64,000 nucleotides of DNA, taken from Elusimicrobiota bacterium (GTDB taxonomy: Bacteria > Elusimicrobiota > Elusimicrobia > UBA1565 > UBA9628). How positions within the stretch are numbered: the stretch's first letter is position 1; every line of letters starts with the position of its first letter. Position numbers and translations under genes: made by a program. Positions 33,193-40,702 of this stretch are shown piece by piece. Below the pieces are notes generated by a model. That model ran no database searches. It saw only the letters and a program-made list of their open reading frames with translations, and was not told the origin of the DNA. The stretch is from contig JACRDS010000013.1 in NCBI GenBank assembly GCA_016212825.1, forward strand, positions 31,677-95,676. The letters are read 5' to 3'.

Positions 33193-35038
33193 CCTGCTCC
33201 TGGCAGGCCAGGCCGCGGCTTCAGGGTTTCTGGCTACAGGACCTGGAGCGCGCGCCGCAGCGCTGGGCGGGGCCTTCACGGGCCTGGCTGACGACGCCTC
33301 GGCCGTGTACTACAACCCGGCCGGCCTGGCGGGCCAGCGCGGGGCCCTGATGCTGGAGCATGTGCCTGTCAACCAAGCCGGAACCGGCCTGGCTTTCGAC
33401 GACGGCAGGCTGGACTTCGCGGGTATCCATTATCCCAGCCGCATCGGGACCTTCGGCTTCGCCGCTTTACAGTTCGCCGCAGGCCGAATCGAGGGCCGCC
33501 AGACCCTCTCGGAGGCCGCCGATCGCATCCAAGCGACGCAAACCGCGCTCTTCCTCCCTTACGCGGCCGCCTTGGGCTCCCTGTCCTTGGGCGTGACCGG
33601 CAAATCCATCATGTACTCGCTGGGCTCCTATCGGGGGACGGGCTACGGCGCGGACCTCGGGGCCAAGGCCGCCCTGTTCCAGGGCGATTCCGCGCTGGGC
33701 CGGGAGACGCGTCTGTTCGCCGGCGTGACGGTGCGCAACGCCGTTGCCCCGGCCATGCGGCTCTACCAGGACCCGGTCGCCCTGGAGCGGACCTTTGCCG
33801 CGGGCCTGGGAGCCTCGGCCCTGGTGCGGGAGAGCTATGATGCGGCCCAGAACCGGGTGTCCTACGACCGCATCGCCGCGGACCTCGATTTCGTGCGCGG
33901 GGACCAGGACACCGTGCTGAGCCCTGCCGGCGGACTTGAATACTCCTACCTGGACCGCTACGCGCTTCGCGGAGGCTTCAGCAGGCTTGGCAACATCACC
34001 ATCGGCTTCGGGCTGGGCGGACCTGACTCGGCCTTCCGCTTCGACTACGCGGCGGATGTGGGGGCGCTGGCTCCCCAGCACCGGTTCACGGTCTCCTGGG
34101 TGTTCACTCCTTCCAAGGCCAAGGTGGAGAGCGGCGTGCGCTTCTCAGCCTTCAGGCGCGCCAAGCTCGACCAGGAGCGTCTCAAGGACCGGTTCGTCAG
34201 GGAGGGACGCGCCGCGGCCGCGGCTGGTGACTACGAGCTGGCCTGGGCCGACTTCCAGAAAGCTAGGGTGCTGGACCCGGAGGACAAGATCGCGGCCGAC
34301 CTGGCGGAGTCGAGCCGGGAGGGGAGCAGGCTGGCCGGGGTCAAGGCGCGCCTCGACGAAGCGCGCCGCCAGCGGGCCGCGGGAAACGATGCAAAGGCAG
34401 TCGCCGCGGCCCTGGCCGCCCTGGTCTTCGACCCGGCGAGCCCGGAGGCCGCGGACTACGCCGCTCAACTGCGCAACGAGCTCATAAGCTCGGGCACCGC
34501 GGCGCAGTTCGAGAGCACGCGGCGCGCCATGATCGAGGAAGGGGAGCTGGCTTTCCAGGCGGCCCGCGCGGACGGCAATGTCGCGGCCATGCGCCGCGCC
34601 TTGGAGCGCGTCAAAGCCCTGGAGCCGGACGCGGACGCGGTCTGGAAGCCGCTTGAGGCGAGCCTGGACGAGGCCCGGCAGCAACTCCTGGCAAGCAGCC
34701 TGGACGATGCCCGGCGGGCCTTTGCGGCGAAGGACGCCGTAGTTGTGGCGCGCTCCGTGCGCCGCATCAGACGCCTGGATCCGGACCAGTCTGAACTGCC
34801 CGGCCTGGAGGCCAAGCTGAGGAAGGCCAGCCGCAGAGGGATGCTCTCCTTCTACGACGCGCACTATGTGCGCCAGCTTTACGATACTGCCGCGGCCGAC
34901 TATGTGCTGGGCAACTATGCCACTTCGGCCCAGACCTTGGCACTGCTGTTGCGCTGCGACGCGGCCCACCGAGACGCCAATGCCCTCGTGGACAGGCTGC
35001 GGGAAGAGGGGAGGATCGCGCAGGAGCAGGAACCCTGA
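33149..35038 (+). CDS. PorV/TraF_2-like beta-barrel fused to C-terminal TPR-like helical region
   Basis: Signal peptide, then GPGARAAALGGAFTGLADDASAVYYNPAGL, the same signature as the 18111 protein. The C-terminal ~300 aa are helical repeats. Overlaps the previous gene by 44 nt. Confidence 0.6.
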   Translation: MATRQSFSRLSACVSLLLAGQAAASGFLATGPGARAAALGGAFTGLADDASAVYYNPAGLAGQRGALMLEHVPVNQAGTGLAFDDGRLDFAGIHYPSRIGTFGFAALQFAAGRIEGRQTLSEAADRIQATQTALFLPYAAALGSLSLGVTGKSIMYSLGSYRGTGYGADLGAKAALFQGDSALGRETRLFAGVTVRNAVAPAMRLYQDPVALERTFAAGLGASALVRESYDAAQNRVSYDRIAADLDFVRGDQDTVLSPAGGLEYSYLDRYALRGGFSRLGNITIGFGLGGPDSAFRFDYAADVGALAPQHRFTVSWVFTPSKAKVESGVRFSAFRRAKLDQERLKDRFVREGRAAAAAGDYELAWADFQKARVLDPEDKIAADLAESSREGSRLAGVKARLDEARRQRAAGNDAKAVAAALAALVFDPASPEAADYAAQLRNELISSGTAAQFESTRRAMIEEGELAFQAARADGNVAAMRRALERVKALEPDADAVWKPLEASLDEARQQLLASSLDDARRAFAAKDAVVVARSVRRIRRLDPDQSELPGLEAKLRKASRRGMLSFYDAHYVRQLYDTAAADYVLGNYATSAQTLALLLRCDAAHRDANALVDRLREEGRIAQEQEP

Positions 35039-35817
35039 TGGCGCGGGTAAGCCCTGTCGTGACCTTCCTCGTGGTCGCCGCGCTCTGCGGCCTGGCGGTC
35101 TTCGCGGGCCCGCACGAGCCTTCGGATCCGCCCGAGCCCATCTCAGGCGTGCTCTTTTCGGTCAGGAAGGCCACCTGCGCGCCGGCCGGGGCCTCACCGG
35201 CCAAGGCGGCCGCCCCTGCCCTTCCGGCCAGCCCGGCAAGGGCCAAAGCCCTTCCCAGGAAAGCGGCAAGGACTGCCGAGCCTGTCCGGGCCATGGCCGA
35301 GGCCGCGCCTGCGGCCCTGGTGGATCTGTCCTCAGCCCCAGCCGCGCCGGCCGCTGCTCCCGTGGCACTGGCCGTCGCGCCTGCGGCTGCGACGCCAATG
35401 CCGGCGGCGAAGCCGACTTCCAAGCCCGAGCCTGCCGGCCCTGTCGCTTTCGGGGACCTGGACGAGGCCCTGCGCCAGAGCCCCACGACCCAGGCCCTGA
35501 ACTTGCGGGTCAAGAAGGGCGGGATGGTGTTCCGCATCACGCACGTGGGCCGTGCGCGGGGGCGCGCCGCGGCGCGCTTCGCGCTGGCCAACGAGGAAGC
35601 GGCGGATTTCTTCCTGTCCGTGGTCAGCGTGTCGGCCGGCGGCGCGCCCGTCCTGGCTGATACCGCCGGGCCCTACGTGTGCCGAGCCGGGGAGGAAATC
35701 TACGGCGTGGTCCACCTCGCGCCCGAGGCAGCCTCCGGCAAGCGCCTCTCAGTGACCTTGGTGCAGAGCGGCGGGGAGCGTCGTCGCTTCCAACTCGCCT
35801 TGGAGTACCCGTTTTGA
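35038..35817 (+). CDS. secreted Pro/Ala-rich protein (possible VirB9-position component)
   Basis: Signal/anchor helix, long P/A-rich linker, ~100-aa beta-rich C-terminal domain. TGATG overlap with the upstream gene. No motif-level assignment. Confidence 0.45.
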   Translation: MARVSPVVTFLVVAALCGLAVFAGPHEPSDPPEPISGVLFSVRKATCAPAGASPAKAAAPALPASPARAKALPRKAARTAEPVRAMAEAAPAALVDLSSAPAAPAAAPVALAVAPAAATPMPAAKPTSKPEPAGPVAFGDLDEALRQSPTTQALNLRVKKGGMVFRITHVGRARGRAAARFALANEEAADFFLSVVSVSAGGAPVLADTAGPYVCRAGEEIYGVVHLAPEAASGKRLSVTLVQSGGERRRFQLALEYPF

Positions 35818-36206
35818 GGCGCCATCATCCTGCCGTGCGCCGGGACGGCCCCTTGGAGGGGCTTCTGCGCTGCGGCGCGAGCCCTGAGCCGGCCCGGATG
35901 CCGGAGCAGGCCGAGTTCTGGCCCGCGGCTTCCGGCCCCGCAGGGGTGTACCGGCAGGAGAAACTGCTCCTGCGCGGCGACTACCTTGACGGCCTGGAGA
36001 GGGTGAGGCGGGACTTCGGCTTGAGAAAGGCTGAGTTCAGGAAGTCCTTGACCATTGGGGAGCTGGTGGACGCGGCAGTGGGCTTCATGCTCCGCCAGGT
36101 GGACTTCAGCACCCTGGAAAGCGCGGAGGACCTGGAGCGCCACGTTGCCAGGCAGGCCCTGCGCGGGACGCAGGCGAGCCTGGGCAGGTCGTGGCAGGAG
36201 GGATGA
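35814..36206 (+). CDS. hypothetical protein
   Basis: TTG at 35814 overlaps the previous stop, with an alternative ATG at 35899. Its stop overlaps the next ATG. No domain recognised. Confidence 0.35.
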   Translation: MRRHHPAVRRDGPLEGLLRCGASPEPARMPEQAEFWPAASGPAGVYRQEKLLLRGDYLDGLERVRRDFGLRKAEFRKSLTIGELVDAAVGFMLRQVDFSTLESAEDLERHVARQALRGTQASLGRSWQEG

Positions 36207-36889
36207 TGATGAGATACGCGGCGCTGTTCCTGCTTCTTGCACGGCCTGGAGCGGCCGAGGACCTGGTGGACCCCACGGCGCTCTTCAGCCAGGCGGCGCA
36301 GGCGGCCAAGCCTGCCGCGGCCGAGCGGCCGCCGGCCTGCCCGGGCGCGGACGACTTCTTCCTGCCCACGGGCTTCACCTTCCCGGCCCTGCTTCCCGAC
36401 GCCATCTTCAGCTACAACACCGCGGCCCCGGTCAACGCCGTGCTGGAAGACGACGTGAAGTCCCGCGGCCGCGTGATCCTGCCCAGGCACACGCGCCTCA
36501 TCGGCGGCGTCAACGCCCTGCACACGCTGGACCGGGTCAACATCGCCTGGCGCCTGGCGGTACTGCCCGAGGGGTGCGAGTTCGAGTTCTCGGGCATCGC
36601 CCTCTCGGCGGACGACGGCTCGGGAGGAGTGAAAGGCAAGGTGGAGAAGCATGAGGATTCGGTCGCGGCGCAGGTGGCCCTTAAGTCCATCCTCAACGGC
36701 GCACAGCAGGCCGCGGCCATAGCAGTCCCGGTCGAAGGCGCGCTGGCCTCCGGGTTCTCCGGCGAGGCCAACCTGATGCTCGACCAGAACATAGCCAAGG
36801 TCAAGAGCCTGGAGTCCATCTACATCCGCGAAAGGACGCAGATCCGCGTCTTGGTCATGAGGAGGTTCGCCCGAGATGGCGGAAAATGA
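36203..36889 (+). CDS. VirB10/TrbI-like protein (short form)
   Basis: Signal-like N-terminus. The core VLEDDVKSRGRVILPRHTRLIGG...RVNIAWRLAVLPEG...DDGSGGVKGKVEKH follows the TrbI/VirB10 C-terminal domain pattern. It lacks the usual long Pro-rich N-terminal region. Confidence 0.6.
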   Translation: MMMRYAALFLLLARPGAAEDLVDPTALFSQAAQAAKPAAAERPPACPGADDFFLPTGFTFPALLPDAIFSYNTAAPVNAVLEDDVKSRGRVILPRHTRLIGGVNALHTLDRVNIAWRLAVLPEGCEFEFSGIALSADDGSGGVKGKVEKHEDSVAAQVALKSILNGAQQAAAIAVPVEGALASGFSGEANLMLDQNIAKVKSLESIYIRERTQIRVLVMRRFARDGGK

Positions 36890-38765
36890 ATCCTCGCCCT
36901 GCGGCTGGGAGTTCGTGCTCATGGTCGCTCTGATAGGCATGGCCTTGCAGAAGAACGCGCCGGCCATGGAGCGCCGGCTCGTGGCCTGGGAGGTGGCGCC
37001 TGTCACCGCGGCCGGGGTCGCGGCCCGCGCGGCCTATCGCCGGCTGGGGCAAGGGGCGACCCTCGGCAAGAAGGCATGCCTCAACGTCGCGGTCAACCTC
37101 TTTGCGAAGTCGGCCAATCCGCTTCGTCCTGGCGTGGGCTGGTTCGGGTTGTTGTCGCTCGGAGTCTTTCTCTGCCCCTTGGCGGCGCGCCGCATGGGCT
37201 CGTTGCGTTATTGGAACACCGAGTGGCTCGCAGCCGCGGTGCTGGTCACGGGGGCAGGCGCGTGTTTCGGGTTGGCCATGCCCGCTGCCTGGCCCTGGCC
37301 GGTGCTCTGGGTGGGCGGCGTGTGGGCCTTCGCCAACACAGGGGCCGCCCTCTTCTGCCTATGCCTGGCAATCTGGTCCTTCCATAAGGGTTCGAAGCGT
37401 CTCCACCATGGTCCGGCATTCAAACTGCCCATGATGTCGAAGCCATGCTCCGGCTTCACCGTGGGCCGCGTGGACCCGAAGATCATGCCCGGCCACTCCC
37501 GGTGGCTGGCCTCAGGTGGAGGCGACATCCAACTCCCTTTCAACCGCCTTTCCTGCGGCCTGACCGTGCTGGGAGAGAAGGGCGCCGGGAAGTCTCGGCT
37601 GCTTTTCGCCATACACGATGCCATCAGGAGGCAGCATCCGAACGTCCCCATCCTCATCCACGACCCCAAGAGCGAATGGTACCGGACCTACTACGACCCC
37701 AAGGCGGACCTGTTCTTCGCCCCGCACTTCAAGGGCACCGCGGCCTGGAGCCTGTGGCGGGATTTCAGGGAGGTGCCGGAGCTGCGCCACGAACTGCTTT
37801 CGACCTGCGTCTACGCCCACCAGGACCGGGATGATACCTTCTGGATGGACCAGGCCGTGGACCTCCTGCACCAGGTCTCGGGTTTCAAGACTCTCTCCAA
37901 AGCTGCGGATTATCTGGGAGACATCCCGCACCAGCACCCGGACGACGAGTTCCTCTTGTCGGTCTTCGGCACCGCAAAGCTCGGCTTCCTGGATCTGGCC
38001 AAGACCGAGCTGATGTCCGCCATCTCGGGGGCCCGGCCGCTGTCCATTGACGATTTCCTCCGGCAGAAGGGCCGCATCATCCTGCTCAACAACCCCTCCT
38101 GCGCATCCGAACAGAAGGGGGCTTTCAGCCTGTTTTTGTCCGCATTCCTGCTGAGGGCGCTTTCGCTGCCGGACGTGCCGGAGGGCACCCTGCGCGCTGT
38201 CGCCATCATCGACGAGGCGCTGACCTTCAACCTGCCCCCGGACGTGGAGAGGCGCATCTCGACGCTGTGCCGGTCCAAGGGCGTCTGCGTCGTGGCCGGC
38301 GCCCAGCGCCTGCCGGACCGCCAGCGCAACGAACGCGGCGAATGGCGCACCGCGGAGCACACCTTCGCCATGAAATGCGTGAACCAGGACACGCAACGCG
38401 AGCTGTCCAGGAAGGCCGGCAGCCTGCTGTTCCGACGCATGGCCCAGAGCACGACCACTTCGGCCTCGGAGCGCGCGGCCGGGCAGTCTCATACCAGGAG
38501 CGAGCAGGACCTCAGCCAGGAGGCCATCCCGCCGGAGCACTTCGGAAGGCTGTCGCCCCGCGAGTTCGTCTTGTTCCACGACCAGGGCATCGTGACCGGC
38601 AGGACCGTGGAGGTGGGGCGCGAGCAGCGCGCCGTCGCCCTGCCGCCGTACGAGCTGCGCGAGGACGTGCGCCGGATATCTATGGGGCTGATCGCCGACA
38701 TGCCTGCGCAGAAGGAGGACGAAAAAGAAGACGGAAAGGAGGATGGAGAAGATGAGCGTGATTGA
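36876..38765 (+). CDS. virD4: type IV coupling protein (VirD4/TraG/TraD family)
   Basis: N-terminal TM helices, Walker A GEKGAGKS, Walker B AIIDEALTF, acidic KEDEKEDGKEDGEDE tail. Confidence 0.85.
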   Translation: MAENESSPCGWEFVLMVALIGMALQKNAPAMERRLVAWEVAPVTAAGVAARAAYRRLGQGATLGKKACLNVAVNLFAKSANPLRPGVGWFGLLSLGVFLCPLAARRMGSLRYWNTEWLAAAVLVTGAGACFGLAMPAAWPWPVLWVGGVWAFANTGAALFCLCLAIWSFHKGSKRLHHGPAFKLPMMSKPCSGFTVGRVDPKIMPGHSRWLASGGGDIQLPFNRLSCGLTVLGEKGAGKSRLLFAIHDAIRRQHPNVPILIHDPKSEWYRTYYDPKADLFFAPHFKGTAAWSLWRDFREVPELRHELLSTCVYAHQDRDDTFWMDQAVDLLHQVSGFKTLSKAADYLGDIPHQHPDDEFLLSVFGTAKLGFLDLAKTELMSAISGARPLSIDDFLRQKGRIILLNNPSCASEQKGAFSLFLSAFLLRALSLPDVPEGTLRAVAIIDEALTFNLPPDVERRISTLCRSKGVCVVAGAQRLPDRQRNERGEWRTAEHTFAMKCVNQDTQRELSRKAGSLLFRRMAQSTTTSASERAAGQSHTRSEQDLSQEAIPPEHFGRLSPREFVLFHDQGIVTGRTVEVGREQRAVALPPYELREDVRRISMGLIADMPAQKEDEKEDGKEDGEDERD

Positions 38766-38994
38766 CATCGGAGGGATCAAGATCAACTACTTGTCGTTGC
38801 AGGGGCTGGGCCGGGCGGTTGAGGCGGAACTGGCCAACACCGACCGAAGACTCGCCGAAACCCTCAAGGAGCTCAAGAGGCTGCGCCGCGCCCGGCGGGC
38901 GCTGCAGCAGATGCTGGGCGGCCAGAAAGCCAGGCCGGTCCAGCCGGCTCCCGCGGCCGGGGCCGCGCGCGAGCCGGCCTGCGCCTCGCGCTGA
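38743..38994 (+). CDS. small hypothetical coiled-coil protein
   Basis: Track ORF overlapping the T4CP 3' end. No domain recognised. Confidence 0.3.
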   Translation: MEKMSVIDIGGIKINYLSLQGLGRAVEAELANTDRRLAETLKELKRLRRARRALQQMLGGQKARPVQPAPAAGAAREPACASR

Positions 38995-39031
38995 GGCGGA
39001 GCGCGGCATGGCGGTCTTTCGCTGGCGGCTG

Positions 39032-39070
39032 ATCCCCGCCCGGGCGTCGTCCGGGCCGGAGGCGGGGGAT
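39032..39070. repeat. GC-rich imperfect inverted repeat (ATCCCCGCC...GGCGGGGGAT)
   Basis: A 9-10 bp outer stem with an inner CCCGG/CCGGG stem, lying between the T4SS genes and xis. Candidate terminator or oriT-type structure. Confidence 0.3.
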
Positions 39071-39107
39071 TGCGAGAGGAAGAGCTTCGTTTGGAAGGAG
39101 GTGCGGC

Positions 39108-39296
39108 ATGACGGAGAGATTGCTGACGATAGAGGAGGTCTGCGTGAAGCTGGGGGGGGTCAAGCCTTGGACGATACGCGGCTGGGTGAGCCAGAGGAGG
39201 ATACCCTTCACCAAGGTGGGCCGGCTCACCAGGTACCCCGAGGCTCAGATCAACGACTGGATCAGGTCCAACACCCGCGTCCCCCTCGGCGCCTGA
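39108..39296 (+). CDS. xis: excisionase-family / MerR-type HTH DNA-binding protein
   Basis: 62 aa. LLTIEEVCVKLGGVKPWTIRGWVSQRRIPFTKVGRLTRYP matches the excisionase-family HTH_17 pattern. Located directly upstream of the integrase. Confidence 0.7.
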   Translation: MTERLLTIEEVCVKLGGVKPWTIRGWVSQRRIPFTKVGRLTRYPEAQINDWIRSNTRVPLGA

Positions 39297-39350
39297 GCAA
39301 GGGAACTTCTCCAGGCCTCGTCCGTTGGAAGTAGAGGGGGAGGAGCCGCC

Positions 39351-40493
39351 ATGGGACTGGTGAAGAAGGGCGAGAACTGGTTTATAGACTACCGCGCCAA
39401 CGGGCGGCGCATCCGGGAGAAGGTCGGCCCGAGCAGGAAGCTGGCCGAATCGGCGCTGGCCAAGCGGAGGCTGGAACTCGCGGAGAACAGGTTCCTGGAC
39501 GTCCGCAAGGCCAGCCGGGAGACCTTCCAGAGCTTCGCCGAGAAGTACCTGGAGTGGGTCCAGGGGCGCATCCGCTCGATCGCCAACGAGCGCATCTACG
39601 TGCGGCGGCTCAACGCGACCTTCGGCGGCACCTGCCTCTCGGATATAGACGTGGCCCGCGTCGAGAAGTTCATGGCGCAGAGGCTCAAGGAGCCGCGCCA
39701 GCATCCATATCGCGGGAAATCCGCATGGAAGCTCGACGCGGTCGAGCGCGAGGCGAAGATTAAGGCGTGGTACGCGGGGAACGGAAAGACGATCTCAAGG
39801 GCGCACGTGAATCGCGAGGTCTCCTGCCTCCGGCGCATCCTTAATAAGGCGGCGGACTGGAAACTGCTGCCGGCGCGTCCGCTCGGGGGGCTCAGGCTGT
39901 TCGATGAGCGAGAGTCGATACGCAAGCGCTATCTGAAGCCCGAGGAGATCCGGACCCTGCTTGCCGCCTGCGGCCCGGGCCTCAGGCAGGTCGTGACCTT
40001 CGCCCTCTACACCGGCCGCAGGTACGGCGAGATATCCGGAATGCGGTGGCAGGACGTGGACGTCGAGAACGGATACGTGTACTTCCCGAGGACCAAGAAG
40101 AAGGAGCCGGACCAGGTGGCTCTGCCGCCGCGGGCGCGTGAGGTCCTGGCGGAGTTGCGCCGCGATGCGAACGGCGATTTCGTCTTTCATAAGAAAGACG
40201 GCGGGCAGCTGCGGGTCGTGCGGTCGGGCTTCAAGAGGGCCCTGCGCAGGGCGGGAATCGCGAATTTCAGGTTCCATGATTTGCGGCATACGGCCATATC
40301 TTATATGATGATGAACGGCATCGATTTGAAGACCATCGCCGAGCTCGTGGGCCATGCGACGGCTCAAATGGTGGACAAGCGCTACGGCCATCTTTCGCCG
40401 GACCACAAGCGCGCCGCCGCGGAGGTTTACGGTTCGGCGATGGACAGGTTGTGCGGGCATGGGCAAGTCCCCTCTCAAGCCGGGGCGGCCTGA
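39351..40493 (+). CDS. int: tyrosine recombinase / integrase
   Basis: N-terminal SAM-like domain. Catalytic region with R...HDLRHTAISYMMMNG...GHAT...Y (RFHDLRH, RYGHL). Confidence 0.9.
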   Translation: MGLVKKGENWFIDYRANGRRIREKVGPSRKLAESALAKRRLELAENRFLDVRKASRETFQSFAEKYLEWVQGRIRSIANERIYVRRLNATFGGTCLSDIDVARVEKFMAQRLKEPRQHPYRGKSAWKLDAVEREAKIKAWYAGNGKTISRAHVNREVSCLRRILNKAADWKLLPARPLGGLRLFDERESIRKRYLKPEEIRTLLAACGPGLRQVVTFALYTGRRYGEISGMRWQDVDVENGYVYFPRTKKKEPDQVALPPRAREVLAELRRDANGDFVFHKKDGGQLRVVRSGFKRALRRAGIANFRFHDLRHTAISYMMMNGIDLKTIAELVGHATAQMVDKRYGHLSPDHKRAAAEVYGSAMDRLCGHGQVPSQAGAA

Positions 40494-40515
40494 CGATTTG
40501 GCTGACTGTGGGTTT

Positions 40516-40537
40516 AGCGTGGACACTTTTTGGACAC
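40516..40537. repeat. candidate arm-type site (AGCGTGGACACTTTTTGGACAC), attR side
   Basis: Identical 22-mer to 5757-5778. Lies 79 bp upstream of the core. Confidence 0.45.
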
Positions 40538-40616
40538 TCGCCCCGATTCTGGAACTCCGGTCGCAAATCCCTTGTTGTGAATTATGTAGGAAAAACCAAT
40601 AGAAACAATTGCCGAT

Positions 40617-40653
40617 GCCGACGTAGCTCAGCGGTAGAGCAACCGCCTTGTAA
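40617..40653 (+). repeat. attR core (37 bp, 5' half of the intact tRNA-Thr)
   Basis: Identical to 5590-5626. Confidence 0.85.
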
Positions 40654-40688
40654 GCGGTAGGTCGCCGGTTCGATCCCGGCCGTCGGCT
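40617..40688 (+). tRNA. tRNA-Thr (anticodon UGU)
   Basis: Hand-folded cloverleaf: acceptor GCCGACG/CGUCGGC, D arm GCUC-AGCGGUA-GAGC, anticodon stem ACCGC/GCGGU with loop CUUGUAA, T arm GCCGG-UUCGAUC-CCGGC. CCA is not encoded. Confidence 0.9.
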
Positions 40689-40702
40689 GAGCCATTTCCT
40701 CG

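Larger units (their letters stand above)
5590..40653. mobile_element. integrative conjugative element (~35 kb) inserted in tRNA-Thr(UGU)
   Basis: A 37-bp perfect direct repeat sits at both ends. Tyrosine integrase and Xis-like genes lie just inside attR. VirB4, T4CP, pilin and VirB3/5/6/8/10-like genes lie between the repeats. Nested IS elements and a foreign-GC block are also present. Confidence 0.75.
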
